Shown here: positions 1 through 9,384 of the stretch, one piece after another
How the letters are laid out: the number at the start of each line of letters is the position of its first letter
Position numbering within the stretch: the first letter of the stretch is position 1
IMG/VR virus record: IMGVR_UViG_2537562195_000008
DNA from: a virus
Lineage: Duplodnaviria > Heunggongvirae > Uroviricota > Caudoviricetes
DNA: 37,183 bases
Strand: one strand, 5' to 3'
The notes under the pieces: model-generated
Told to the model about the DNA's origin: nothing
Seen by the model: only the letters and a program-made list of their open reading frames with translations
Database searches by the model: none
Made by a program: the position numbers and the translations under genes

Positions 1-1053
1 TTACGGGGTAATGCCAACCGCTGCCGCCACTTTGTCGCCACTTGGCAGCGTTGCCAGAGGATTGAAACGGAGCGCCGTTTCCAGATGATCCGGTGCCAGA
101 TGTGCGTAACGCATAGTCATTTTTATATCGTGGTGTCCGAGAATTTTTTGTAAGGCCAGAATGTTTCCACCCGACATCATGAAGTGCGCCGCAAACGTAT
201 GGCGCAGAACGTGTGTGAGTTGACCGCGAGGGAGCACGATAGACGTTTTTTCCATCACTGATAAAAATTGAAAATAGCAGTCTGTGAAGAAATTGAACCC
301 ATCAAGCGCCATGATCTCTTCGTAAAGCTCTTTACTGATAGGGATGCTTCTGTTTTTCTTCCCCTTCGTTCTGACAAAGGTAATTCGGTATTTGGTCACC
401 TGTGAGCGAGTAAGATTTACGGCTTCACGCCAGCGTGCGCCTGTGCTTAAGCATATCTTAACTACCAGTGCCAGAATTGGGTCCTGACGTTTGCAATCAG
501 CCAGCAATTCAACAATCTGCTCATGGGTAAGCCATGCCATCTCTTTTTCTGCGATGGTGAATTTTCGCATGTTCTCCAGTGGGTTCGGATACGACCATTC
601 GCCCAGACGGGATAGTTCGCTAAAAACACTACTTAGATAGCTTTGCTCCAGGTTAATGGTGACCGGGCTTGCTCCTTTCTTCCATTTCTCGCTGAAGTAG
701 ATCTCGCCTGTCAGGCGTTTATCTCGATAGTGGGCAAACATTTTAGAGGTGAGATCGGTTGCAAGAGGATTGCCCAGAGCGTCAACCATCAACAGCAATT
801 TGTCATAGACATGCTGCCCAGCTGTCAGAGATTTACCATGTAGTTTGAACCATAGTTCAACCACGTCTTTCAGTGTTCGACGATCCACTGATTCACCCAG
901 CCAGGGCTTTGCTTCGGTTTCTTCCATCGTGTGACGCTCAAAAGCCAGAGCTTCGCCTTTGGTGGCGAATTGTTTACGCACACGACGTCCACTACGTCCG
1001 GCGGGGTAACATTCGCAAAGCCATTTTCCTGTGGTGAGTTTTCGTACTGCCAT
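1..1053 (-). CDS. int: Tyrosine integrase (P2/186-like site-specific recombinase)
   Basis: 350-aa ORF; C-terminal catalytic region with conserved R...HxxR...Y pattern (ARWREA..., LRHTFAAHF..., MRYAHL) typical of phage integrases; first gene of prophage next to att repeat. Confidence 0.9.
   Translation of the reverse strand: MAVRKLTTGKWLCECYPAGRSGRRVRKQFATKGEALAFERHTMEETEAKPWLGESVDRRTLKDVVELWFKLHGKSLTAGQHVYDKLLLMVDALGNPLATDLTSKMFAHYRDKRLTGEIYFSEKWKKGASPVTINLEQSYLSSVFSELSRLGEWSYPNPLENMRKFTIAEKEMAWLTHEQIVELLADCKRQDPILALVVKICLSTGARWREAVNLTRSQVTKYRITFVRTKGKKNRSIPISKELYEEIMALDGFNFFTDCYFQFLSVMEKTSIVLPRGQLTHVLRHTFAAHFMMSGGNILALQKILGHHDIKMTMRYAHLAPDHLETALRFNPLATLPSGDKVAAAVGITP
19..40. repeat. attL: Putative attL core: 22-bp direct repeat CGCTGCCGCCA(C/A)TTTGTCGCCA shared with 34329..34350
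   Basis: Same 22-mer with one mismatch occurs at both prophage ends; the left copy lies inside the last codons of int, as is typical for P2-like att cores. Confidence 0.6.
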
Positions 1054-1136
1054 AAAAAAGCCCTCATATCAGAGGGCTAAATTTAACTGTATATACAACC
1101 AGTAATCAATGTGTGATTACTATGAAACATACATTG

Positions 1137-2813
1137 CTAAGCAACATGCAGTTCATCGTTGGCGGAAGTTGCTGCTTTGCGCTCTTGCTCAATCGCCAGT
1201 GACTCTCTATATTCTTTCGCTTCCGCAAACATTGTCCATTGTGCGTTGATGTTCATATCTTCAATAACAGACTTAATTTCTTTAATATTTACGTTGAAAA
1301 ACTCTTTTCGTGAGTTAATTTTATTGACCTGTTTTTCGTTGAAGACTTTATGCAGATGATTTTCTAATGATGGTGCATCATCACTATAAATCATCGCATG
1401 AACATCGAACGAAAAAGGAACACTAGCATCACCGAGTTCACGAACACGATCAAGTGGTTCAAGGCGGCGTGTCATTCCAATTTTATATACATCTTCGCCA
1501 AATGAGCCAATATTACTAATTATATAAACGTGGCCTGATCTAGTTTGTTGAGCCATAGAAATAGCTCGTTGGTTTTTAGCTTCAGCTTCTTCATATTTTA
1601 ACTGTAGTTCAGCTATTTTTTGCTCTAAAGCTAAGCGTTGTTCTTCATTTGCAAGCATAAGCTCTTTTGTTGCTTTATTTATAGCTTGCTGAATAGCTTT
1701 CTCTTCTTTTTCAGCTTCTTTTATCGCTTTTTCATACTCCCTACGAGCTCTTTCCTCTTCACGAAGTTGTTCTTTAATCCTTCTTTGCTCTTCTTTTTCT
1801 TCGAGCATAATTTCATTAACTGCAACTCCCCATTTTAGCTCGTTGAGTCGAGCTTGAAGATAGATGTCACTTATTTTTGCGGACCTAAAGGCAGAACCAT
1901 TGTAATTTACAAGTTGAAACGCATCTTTTATCTCTTGGGAAAGTTTTCCAAAATTGTTGTGTTTGACTTTTGATAAAATACTGTCAACTCTTCCATTGAA
2001 GGCATCTAAAACAAAGTTGATAGCAGTATTACGCCTGTTTTGTTCAACATAATCACACGAAGCAGCTTTATTAGTTTTTATTAATGATTTTGTTAACTCC
2101 CTGGCTTTTTGTAATTCCTTACCTGCATCTGTAAACTCATAATTTTCTGCCAATTCATCGAGAACGCTACGGTTAGGGATGATCCATTCATCACCATAAC
2201 CTTCAATTTTATTTTTCATTGATTTGGCAACTGCTTCATATTTTTCTGCAAACTCTTTAGCTTCATATGCTGAACCAGCAATCTCTTTTGCTCTTTCTTC
2301 TGCATCGGAAATAATTTTCACTGCATTGTCATTAGCATTTGAGATCAGCTCATTTGCTTTACTATTGGCATTATCAAGACGTTCTTTAGCTTTCAGGCGT
2401 GCATCGCGAGCGTCTTTAGTAATTGCTATAGCTTCGCTATTAGCGTTGCTTATTTTTATCTGAGCTTGATAATTTGCTTCGTTTACTGTCTTAGCAGCCT
2501 TTATTTGGGCTTCTTCTATTTTTTGCCTGGCTATTGAGTCTGCATTTTTTATCTTATTCTCTGCTTCCATCACTGCGCTGTGCAATTCTACGTATTGCCA
2601 TAATGGCGCAGCTCGTCCTTCAAGCTCTGATAGATCTCGTACAGTCTGTGCTAATTCTTCTTGATTTTCTTTCAGTTGGTTGGAAAGGGCTATGTTGTTA
2701 GCTGTCAAGGTATTTATAGCCGCTTTATGTTTTTTGCTTTGCTTAAATAATATTACAGCTAGAATGGGGGCGAGAAATGCTAATAAGAATATAACGATGG
2801 AAAATGAATTCAT
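1137..2813 (-). CDS. Membrane-anchored coiled-coil protein with DUF4041-like region and C-terminal T5orf172/MUG113 (GIY-YIG-like) domain; cargo gene
   Basis: 558 aa; N-terminal hydrophobic helix (IVIFLLAFLAPILAVILF); long E/K/A/Q-rich coiled coil; C-terminus GHVYIISNIGSFGEDVYKIGMTRRLEPLDRVRELGDASVPFSFDVHAMIYSDD...LHKVF matches the T5orf172 signature from memory; AT-rich relative to flanks. Confidence 0.7.
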   Translation of the reverse strand: MNSFSIVIFLLAFLAPILAVILFKQSKKHKAAINTLTANNIALSNQLKENQEELAQTVRDLSELEGRAAPLWQYVELHSAVMEAENKIKNADSIARQKIEEAQIKAAKTVNEANYQAQIKISNANSEAIAITKDARDARLKAKERLDNANSKANELISNANDNAVKIISDAEERAKEIAGSAYEAKEFAEKYEAVAKSMKNKIEGYGDEWIIPNRSVLDELAENYEFTDAGKELQKARELTKSLIKTNKAASCDYVEQNRRNTAINFVLDAFNGRVDSILSKVKHNNFGKLSQEIKDAFQLVNYNGSAFRSAKISDIYLQARLNELKWGVAVNEIMLEEKEEQRRIKEQLREEERARREYEKAIKEAEKEEKAIQQAINKATKELMLANEEQRLALEQKIAELQLKYEEAEAKNQRAISMAQQTRSGHVYIISNIGSFGEDVYKIGMTRRLEPLDRVRELGDASVPFSFDVHAMIYSDDAPSLENHLHKVFNEKQVNKINSRKEFFNVNIKEIKSVIEDMNINAQWTMFAEAKEYRESLAIEQERKAATSANDELHVA

Positions 2814-2833
2814 TTTTAAATCCTTTTACTATA

Positions 2834-3430
2834 TTAATTTGAAACTATTGTACTTCTTATACAAGCAACTACTTCAATATCAGAAAATGCACATTCAAAG
2901 CTATTCTCTGTACTTGTAATTTTAATCATACCTTTTGGAAGCTTTGTGATTTTTCGAATGGAATAGGTTCCGTCGATGTTGATTAACCAGTGCCCATCAA
3001 GTACTTCAGAAAATTTTTGATCACAAATGTATGTGACGAGCCCATCCTGAATAACAATTGGTGATGAAAGATTTGCAGGAAGAAATGATGAATCGAAGAC
3101 ATATGAACCATCTTCAATCATTTTGCCTGCGGTAAGGCGAAACTTGGCAAGCTCTTCTGTAGCTGCTGTCAGCGAGCTTTGCTTAAGGCCTTGCCCGGTG
3201 GTTAACCATTTCAGTGAGGTTCCTGTTTCAAGAGCACATTGGATTATCCAGTCTGCAGGAAACGTATCCCGCAAATACCTGTTCGCCAGAGTGCTTTTTG
3301 ATACTTCCAAGTGATCAGCTAAAGCCTGTCGTGTCGTAAAGCCATAAGCTTCGACTAATCGCTCAATCGCAGCCTTACCACCTTTATTGGGATTTATTTT
3401 GATCTCATTTGGGTACTTTGATGTTGACAT
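2834..3430 (-). CDS. cI: Immunity repressor CI (186-type: N-terminal HTH, C-terminal oligomerisation domain)
   Basis: 198 aa; resembles 186 CI as recalled (…EAYGF…LA..L.VS.STLANRY…CALETG..L.WL.TG…); divergent from the early lytic operon. Confidence 0.8.
   Translation of the reverse strand: MSTSKYPNEIKINPNKGGKAAIERLVEAYGFTTRQALADHLEVSKSTLANRYLRDTFPADWIIQCALETGTSLKWLTTGQGLKQSSLTAATEELAKFRLTAGKMIEDGSYVFDSSFLPANLSSPIVIQDGLVTYICDQKFSEVLDGHWLINIDGTYSIRKITKLPKGMIKITSTENSFECAFSDIEVVACIRSTIVSN
3406..3418. promoter_or_regulatory. Putative operator repeat copy 1 (CATTTGGGTACTT) in the cI/apl switch region
   Basis: Exact 13-bp direct repeat with 3465..3477, about 59 bp apart, flanking the cI start and the divergent pR region. 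Confidence 0.4.
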
Positions 3431-3464
3431 ATCTCTTTTGCGATCCTAGTATCAATTTTGTCCC

Positions 3465-3477
3465 CATTTGGGTACTT
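3465..3477. promoter_or_regulatory. Putative operator repeat copy 2 (CATTTGGGTACTT) between cI and apl
   Basis: Second exact copy of the 13-mer, inside the approx. 95-bp divergent promoter region. Confidence 0.4.
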
Positions 3478-3525
3478 GTCACGATTACTACAGGCTCACC
3501 ACAAGCCAATAGGAGATGTTGCATC

Positions 3526-3747
3526 ATGACCCCTAACATTTCAATAACTCTGAATACGCCACATGTCACAATTGAGCGTTATAGCGAACTTACTGGTCTT
3601 TCTATCGACACCATCAACGATATGCTGGCTGATGGTCGCATCCCTCGCCATCGCCTTCGGAAAGACAAGAAAAGAGAAAAGGTAATGATCAACCTTGCTG
3701 CTCTTACCGTTGATGCACTTACTGATTGCAATGTTGTATTCAACTAG
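3526..3747 (+). CDS. apl: Apl/Cox-like excisionase and transcriptional regulator (small HTH protein)
   Basis: 73-aa ORF from an internal ATG preceded by AGGAG; first gene of the rightward early operon opposite cI; basic C-terminal region ([12 protein letters not shown]). Confidence 0.6.
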   Translation: MTPNISITLNTPHVTIERYSELTGLSIDTINDMLADGRIPRHRLRKDKKREKVMINLAALTVDALTDCNVVFN

Positions 3748-3779
3748 TTCCATTTTGGGATACATCAGGGGTGTCGACT

Positions 3780-4289
3780 ATGTTTGATTACCAAGTTTCC
3801 AAACATCCACATTTTGACGAAGCCTGTCGTGCATTCGCACTGCGCCACAACCTGGTGCAACTGGCAGAACGTGCAGGCATGAATGTACAGATTCTGCGGA
3901 ACAAGCTGAACCCAGCTCAACCTCATTTATTAACCGCACCAGAAATCTGGTTGCTTACCGATCTGACTGAAGATTCAACGCTGGTAGATGGCTTTCTGGC
4001 ACAGATTCACTGCCTGCCATGTGTACCGATTAATGAGGTGGCAAAAGAGAAACTGCCGCATTATGTCATGAGTGCAACCGCAGAGATCGGGCGTGTTGCT
4101 GCAGGTGCGGTATCCGGCGATGTAAAAACCAGTGCAGGTCGTCGTGATGCTATCAGCAGCATTAACTCTGTAACACGGCTGATGGCGCTGGCCGCTGTTT
4201 CATTGCAGGCCCGTTTACAGGCTAATCCTGCGATGGCGAGTGCAGTTGATACCGTTACTGGCCTCGGTGCTTCATTCGGTTTGCTGTGA
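3780..4289 (+). CDS. cII: CII lysogeny-establishment activator (186 CII-like)
   Basis: Start at internal M19 of ORF 3726..4289; [24 protein letters not shown]…LRNKLNP…[26 protein letters not shown]… closely resembles 186 CII as recalled. Confidence 0.85.
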   Translation: MFDYQVSKHPHFDEACRAFALRHNLVQLAERAGMNVQILRNKLNPAQPHLLTAPEIWLLTDLTEDSTLVDGFLAQIHCLPCVPINEVAKEKLPHYVMSATAEIGRVAAGAVSGDVKTSAGRRDAISSINSVTRLMALAAVSLQARLQANPAMASAVDTVTGLGASFGLL

Positions 4290-4296
4290 GGTGCTT

Positions 4297-4497
4297 ATGC
4301 TGACGAAAGAACCATCATTTGCATCGCTGCTGGTAAAACAAAGCCCGGCAATGCACTACGGTCACGGCTGGATCATGGGGGAGGATGGTAAACGCTGGCA
4401 TCCGTGCCGTTCACAGGATGAATTGCTGGCAGAACTATCTACGAAAAAACGGGGGAACAAATGGCTATTGAAGGCGCTGCGGCAACTATTCCATTAA
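4297..4497 (+). CDS. fil: Small early protein at the 186 fil position (filamentation/cell-division inhibitor-like)
   Basis: 66 aa from internal ATG of ORF 4240..4497; immediately downstream of cII as in 186. Confidence 0.45.
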   Translation: MLTKEPSFASLLVKQSPAMHYGHGWIMGEDGKRWHPCRSQDELLAELSTKKRGNKWLLKALRQLFH

Positions 4498-4802
4498 GCC
4501 CCGGTGAACGCCTGAATGGACTTAATCACATTGCGGAGTTAAGGGCGAAAGTTTTTGGCCTGAATATTGAGTCAGAGCTTGAGCGGTTTATTAAAGATAT
4601 GCGTGATCCACGGGATATCAATAATGAACAAAATAAACGAGCACTGGCTGCCATATTCTTTATGGCAAAAATTCCAGCTGAACGTCATAGCATCAGCATT
4701 AATGAGCTGACCACTGACGAAAAGCGGGAGCTGATTAAAGCAATGAATCATTTTCGTGCAGTGGTGAGCTTATTTCCCAGACGGCTAACCATGCCGAATT
4801 AA
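4461..4802 (+). CDS. Hypothetical early-operon protein
   Basis: 113-aa ORF, co-oriented, overlaps the fil-like gene end by 37 nt; no recognisable motif. Confidence 0.45.
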   Translation: MAIEGAAATIPLSPGERLNGLNHIAELRAKVFGLNIESELERFIKDMRDPRDINNEQNKRALAAIFFMAKIPAERHSISINELTTDEKRELIKAMNHFRAVVSLFPRRLTMPN

Positions 4803-4869
4803 CCAACTAATGAAATTAATGGCGTAAACCCGCCGGGCATCCCTTTATCTAAATTCAGGAGAATTGATT

Positions 4870-5103
4870 ATGCGTAATATTGAAACCCTCACGACTAAAA
4901 CCGGACCGGATGACGCAGGGCTTAATATTTTACTGACAGAGGCTCGTCTGGAAGAACGCCGGGCAAGGGCTGAAGCAATGGCAGCTCGCCTTGATAGCCT
5001 GGCGTGTCATATCTCATCCCGTCAGCTAAACCACGTGGAAGCGGCAGAACTGCTGCGTGTGACTGCTGAAGCAATCCAGAACGAAGCGCAGGAGATCCAC
5101 TAA
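4870..5103 (+). CDS. DUF2732-like small early protein
   Basis: ATG 8 nt after AGGAG (the ORF track begins at an upstream TTG); R/E/A-rich helical protein of the kind found before the replication gene in P2-like phages. Confidence 0.5.
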   Translation: MRNIETLTTKTGPDDAGLNILLTEARLEERRARAEAMAARLDSLACHISSRQLNHVEAAELLRVTAEAIQNEAQEIH

Positions 5104-5330
5104 TGGCTGATGCAATGGATCTCGTACAGCAGCGCGTTGAAGAAGAACGCCAGCGCCATATCCGTGCTGCCCGTGCCAAAACGCCGGGCGTGTCCCGCGT
5201 GCTTTGCGTTGAGTGTGAAGCGCCAATTCCGCCAGCACGCCGCCGTGCCATTCCGGGTGTGCAGCTTTGCATTACATGTCAGGAAATCGCAGAGCTGAAA
5301 GGCAAACATTACAACGGAGGTGCTGTATGA
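5103..5330 (+). CDS. TraR/DksA-family C4 zinc-finger protein
   Basis: 75 aa with CxxC…(17 aa)…CxxC (CVECEAPIPPARRRAIPGVQLCITC); start overlaps the upstream stop. Confidence 0.7.
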   Translation: MADAMDLVQQRVEEERQRHIRAARAKTPGVSRVLCVECEAPIPPARRRAIPGVQLCITCQEIAELKGKHYNGGAV

Positions 5331-6184
5331 GCACCATCTTGAAATGGGCGGGAAATAAAACCGCCGTAATGTCCGAACTGAAAAAACATCTTCCTGCTGG
5401 TCCGCGACTAGTTGAACCTTTCGCGGGTTCCTGTGCTGTGATGATGGAGACGGATTATCCCTGCTATCTGGTTGCGGATATTAATCCTGATTTAATCAAC
5501 CTCTATAAAAAGGTTGCCGCTGATTGTGAATCGTTTATATCTCGCGCCAAAGTTTTATTTGAGATCGCAAACAGGGAGGTGGCTTATTACAACATAAGGC
5601 AGGAGTTTAATTACTCAACTGAAATTACTGATTTCATGAAAGCGGTATATTTCCTGTATCTCAATCGTCACGGTTACCGTGGGTTATGTCGCTATAACAA
5701 GAGCGGGCATTTCAACATTCCCTACGGTAATTATAAAAATCCGTATTTCCCTGAAAAAGAAATTCGCGCTTTTGCAGAAAAAGCCCAGCGAGCAACGTTT
5801 ATCTGCGCCAGCTTTGATGAAACGCTGGCGATGTTGAAGGCGGGGGATGTGGTGTATTGCGATCCGCCTTATGACGGTACGTTTTCCGGCTATCACGCTG
5901 ACGGCTTTACTGAAGATGACCAGTATCACCTGGCATCCGTTCTTGAACATCGGTCATCAGAAGGACATCCGGTCATTGTTTCTAACAGTGACACATCCCT
6001 GATCCGTTCGCTGTATCGCAATTTTACTCACCACTATATCAAGGTAAAACGCAGCATCGGCGTAGCAGCTGGTGAGAGTAAATCAGCAACAGAAATCATT
6101 GCTGTTTCCGGGCCGCGCTGCTGGGTGGGATTTGATTATTCGCGTGGCGTGGATAGTTCTGCCGTGTACGGAGTACGTGCATGA
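5327..6184 (+). CDS. dam: DNA adenine methyltransferase (Dam-like, orphan N6-adenine MTase)
   Basis: Internal ATG overlapping upstream stop (ATGA); N-terminal KWAGNK…EPFAGSCAV (AdoMet-binding) and DPPY catalytic motif (VYCDPPYDG). Confidence 0.85.
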   Translation: MSTILKWAGNKTAVMSELKKHLPAGPRLVEPFAGSCAVMMETDYPCYLVADINPDLINLYKKVAADCESFISRAKVLFEIANREVAYYNIRQEFNYSTEITDFMKAVYFLYLNRHGYRGLCRYNKSGHFNIPYGNYKNPYFPEKEIRAFAEKAQRATFICASFDETLAMLKAGDVVYCDPPYDGTFSGYHADGFTEDDQYHLASVLEHRSSEGHPVIVSNSDTSLIRSLYRNFTHHYIKVKRSIGVAAGESKSATEIIAVSGPRCWVGFDYSRGVDSSAVYGVRA

Positions 6185-8595
6185 GCCATGCCGATATGAG
6201 CAACTGCTGCGGCTTTAACGAGGCTGCCGCATCGTTCTCATGGAACAGCCCGAAAAAGGCCATTAACCCTTATCTGGACCCGGCGGAAGTTGCGCCGGTT
6301 TCTGCGCTTTCAAACCTGATCACTCTGTACGCTGCCGATAACGAGCAGGAACAACTGCGCCGCGAGGCACTGAGTGATCAGGTCTGGGAGCGTTATTTCT
6401 TTAATGAATCCCGTGATCCTGTCCAACGCGAAATAGAGCAGGATAAGCTCATTAGCCGGGCAAAGTTGGCGCATGAGCAGCAGCGTTTTAACCCGGACAT
6501 GGTCATTCTGGCAGACGTCAGCGCCCAGCCCTCCCATATCAGCAAGCCGCTGATGCAACGTATTGAATACTTCAGCAGCCTGGGCAGGCCAAAGGCTTAT
6601 TCCCGCTATTTACGTGAGACGATTAAGCCATGTCTGGAACGACTGGAGCATGTACGCGACAGCCAGCTATCTGCATCTTTTCGTTTTATGGCAAGCCATG
6701 TAGGGCTGGACGGCCTGCTGATTCTGCCTGAAATGAGTCAGGATCAGGTGAAACGCCTGTCTACCCTTGTCGCTGCGCATATGAGCATGTGCCTTGATGC
6801 AGCTTGTGGTGATTTGTATGCCACCGATGACGTTAAGCCAGAAGAAATCCGCAAGACATGGGAAAAGGTGGCAGCGGAAACCCTGCGTCTGGATGTCATC
6901 CCGCCTGCGTTTGAGCAACTCCGTCGGAAAAGAAACCGCCGTAAACCCGTGCCCTATGAACTCATTCCGGGTTCGCTGGCGCGTATGTTGTGCGCCGACT
7001 GGTGGTACCGGAAATTATGGAAAATGCGTTGCGAATGGCGGGAAGAGCAGTTGCGTGCTGTCTGCCTGGTCAGCAAAAAAGCATCTCCCTATGTCAGCTA
7101 TGAAGCCGTGATGCATAAACGTGAGCAGCGCCGCAAGTCACTGGAGTTTTTCCGTTCTCATGAACTGGTGAACGAAGAGGGCGACACGCTGGATATGGAA
7201 GACGTGGTAAACGCCAGCAGCAGCAACCCGGCGCACCGCCGCAATGAGATGATGGCCTGTGTTAAAGGTCTGGAGCTTATCGCGGAAATGCGCGGTGACT
7301 GCGCCGTTTTCTACACCATTACCTGTCCGTCACGTTTCCATTCCACGCTCAATAACGGCAGACCAAACCCAACCTGGACAAATGCGACGGTAAGACAAAG
7401 CAGCGATTATCTGGTCGGCATGTTTGCTGCATTTCGTAAGGCGATGCACAAAGCCGGGTTGCGCTGGTATGGCGTGCGGGTGGCTGAGCCGCATCATGAC
7501 GGTACAGTTCACTGGCACCTGTTGTGTTTCATGCGCAAAAAAGACCGCCGCGCCATTACTGCATTGTTGCGTAAGTTTGCCATCCGTGAAGACCGCGAGG
7601 AACTGGGTAATAACACTGGTCCACGCTTTAAATCTGAGCTGATAAACCCGCGCAAAGGAACGCCGACAAGCTACATCGCGAAATACATCAGTAAGAACAT
7701 TGACGGGCGTGGTCTGGCTGGCGAGATCAGCAAGGAAACGGGTAAATCCCTGCGTGATAACGCTGAATACGTTAATGCCTGGGCGTCTCTGCATCGTGTT
7801 CAGCAATTCCGCTTCTTTGGTATTCCGGGACGTCAGGCTTACCGTGAACTTCGCTTGCTGGCTGGTCAGGCGGCAAGGCAACAGGGTGACAAAAAAGCAG
7901 GTGCGCCGGTACTGGATAACCCGCGTCTTGATGCCATTCTGGCTGCTGCTGATGCTGGTTGTTTTGCCACCTACATCATGAAGCAGGGCGGCGTACTGGT
8001 TCCCCGCAAATATCACCTCATCAGAACCGCTTATGAAATCAACGAAGAGCCAACCGCCTATGGCGATCACGGTATTCGTATTTATGGCATCTGGTCACCC
8101 ATTGCAGAGGGCAAGATCTGCACTCATGCAGTGAAGTGGAAAATGGTTCGTAAGGCCGTTGACGTTCAGGAGGCGGCAGCCGACCAGGGCGCTTGCGCCC
8201 CTTGGACTCGTGGCAATAACTGTCCCCTTGCTGAAAATTTGTACCAACAAGGGAAAGACAAATCAGCTGATGGGGGCTCCAGAACGGACATTACCCGCAT
8301 GGATGACAAGGAATTGCACGATTACCTGCACAGTATGAGCAAAAAAGATCGCCGGGAGCTGGCAGCAAGGTTGCGCCTGGTGAAACCGAAACGGCGTAAA
8401 GACTACAAACAGCGAATTACAGATCATCAGCATCAGCAGCTCGTCTATGAACTGAAGTCCAGAGGATTTGATGGCAGCGAGAAAGAAGTCGATTTGCTCC
8501 TTCGCGGTGGCAGTATTCCGTCAGGAGCAGGCTTGCGTATCTTCTATCGGAACCAGCGTTTGCGGGAAGATGATAAGTGGCGGAACCTGTATTAA
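6181..8595 (+). CDS. A: Replication initiation endonuclease A (rolling-circle HUH nickase, P2 gpA family)
   Basis: 804 aa; HUH-type motif [10 protein letters not shown] and downstream tyrosine-containing segment ([10 protein letters not shown]); start overlaps dam stop (ATGA). Confidence 0.85.
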   Translation: MSHADMSNCCGFNEAAASFSWNSPKKAINPYLDPAEVAPVSALSNLITLYAADNEQEQLRREALSDQVWERYFFNESRDPVQREIEQDKLISRAKLAHEQQRFNPDMVILADVSAQPSHISKPLMQRIEYFSSLGRPKAYSRYLRETIKPCLERLEHVRDSQLSASFRFMASHVGLDGLLILPEMSQDQVKRLSTLVAAHMSMCLDAACGDLYATDDVKPEEIRKTWEKVAAETLRLDVIPPAFEQLRRKRNRRKPVPYELIPGSLARMLCADWWYRKLWKMRCEWREEQLRAVCLVSKKASPYVSYEAVMHKREQRRKSLEFFRSHELVNEEGDTLDMEDVVNASSSNPAHRRNEMMACVKGLELIAEMRGDCAVFYTITCPSRFHSTLNNGRPNPTWTNATVRQSSDYLVGMFAAFRKAMHKAGLRWYGVRVAEPHHDGTVHWHLLCFMRKKDRRAITALLRKFAIREDREELGNNTGPRFKSELINPRKGTPTSYIAKYISKNIDGRGLAGEISKETGKSLRDNAEYVNAWASLHRVQQFRFFGIPGRQAYRELRLLAGQAARQQGDKKAGAPVLDNPRLDAILAAADAGCFATYIMKQGGVLVPRKYHLIRTAYEINEEPTAYGDHGIRIYGIWSPIAEGKICTHAVKWKMVRKAVDVQEAAADQGACAPWTRGNNCPLAENLYQQGKDKSADGGSRTDITRMDDKELHDYLHSMSKKDRRELAARLRLVKPKRRKDYKQRITDHQHQQLVYELKSRGFDGSEKEVDLLLRGGSIPSGAGLRIFYRNQRLREDDKWRNLY

Positions 8596-8689
8596 TTACG
8601 CGGGTTAACAATTCGTGCTCTTAATAATACCAGGCATATCAGGCTGATGAACGTAAAAAAACGTTTTACATCAGTAAGATTATTATATA

Positions 8690-8705
8690 CTGTAAATATA
8701 AACAG
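8690..8705. promoter_or_regulatory. LexA (SOS) box CTGTAAATATAAACAG
   Basis: Perfect CTGT-N8-ACAG palindromic half-sites with AT-rich spacer, about 45 bp upstream of the tum-like ORF. Confidence 0.75.
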
Positions 8706-8748
8706 TGGTTGTGTATACAGTATTTCTTGTGGTGTCATAGGAGGAAAG

Positions 8749-8937
8749 ATGCAGGACTATTTTTTGGAGTCTTTGAAGCTCCAGCGCATTGATTTTTTTC
8801 TTAAGCTTGTAGCGGCTAGTGAGTGTAGTGATGAAGAGAAGGGGCTAGCTTTGCAGTGGGTTTCTGAACTAACAGATGAACTCATGGCAAAAATCAGAAC
8901 CCACGAATACAACCGCTCAATGGATGTCATCAGTTGA
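8749..8937 (+). CDS. Tum-like antirepressor N-terminal part (SOS-controlled)
   Basis: 62-aa ORF from internal ATG directly after GGAGGAAAG; downstream of LexA box; by 186 analogy the LexA-controlled gene is the antirepressor tum. Confidence 0.45.
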   Translation: MQDYFLESLKLQRIDFFLKLVAASECSDEEKGLALQWVSELTDELMAKIRTHEYNRSMDVIS

Positions 8938-8947
8938 GGTGACTTTT

Positions 8948-9181
8948 ATGCGCATTGAAATAATGATCGATAAAGAGCAGAAGATTAGCCAGTCTATCCT
9001 GGACGCCCTTGAATCCGAGCTTTACCGCAATCTGCGCCCCCTGTATCCCAAAACGGTAATTCGTATCCGCAAAGGTAGCTCTAACGGTGTGGAACTGACC
9101 GGACTGCAACTGGACGAAGAAAGAAAACAAGTGATGAAAATTATGCAGAAAGTGTGGGAAGACGACAGCTGGCTGCATTAA
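8948..9181 (+). CDS. DinI-like protein (Tum C-terminal/DinI family)
   Basis: 77 aa from internal ATG of ORF 8876..9181; MRIEIMIDKEQKISQSILDALESEL…VIRIRKGSSNGVELTG…MQKVWEDDSW resembles the DinI fold sequence. Confidence 0.7.
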   Translation: MRIEIMIDKEQKISQSILDALESELYRNLRPLYPKTVIRIRKGSSNGVELTGLQLDEERKQVMKIMQKVWEDDSWLH

Positions 9182-9187
9182 GAAACG

Positions 9188-9222
9188 TTGCTGGCGTCTG
9201 AACTTGCTTCTGGCGCCAGCAA
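9188..9222. other. Inverted repeat (TTGCTGGCG … CGCCAGCAA) after the DinI-like gene; possible terminator
   Basis: 9-bp perfect inverted repeat containing palindrome CTGGCGCCAG; no obvious T-tract, so the terminator assignment is weak. Confidence 0.3.
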
Positions 9223-9384
9223 GGTTGAACAACGAGCCGTGCGAGGCGTTAGCTCTGTGGTGCATGTCTATGCCGCATGAGATCGCATGATCGTTTGAGG
9301 ATCGTTTTTGCTAAGGCCCGCCAGAACTGTCGGGCTTTTGCGTAGATCATGCAGGTGCATGAAAACCACTACATAAAGCGGGCA

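Noticed and set aside
643-843. Short ORFs on the strand opposite to int and to the DUF4041 gene (for example 643..843, 1638..1838, 2224..2463)
   Set aside because: Embedded antisense in well-supported genes; the low-complexity Phe/Leu/Ser-rich translations reflect AT-rich antisense sequence rather than real proteins
8647-8748. Longer form of the tum-like ORF starting at 8647
   Set aside because: That start would place the LexA box and promoter inside the coding region; the ATG at 8749 has a strong GGAGG ribosome-binding site immediately upstream
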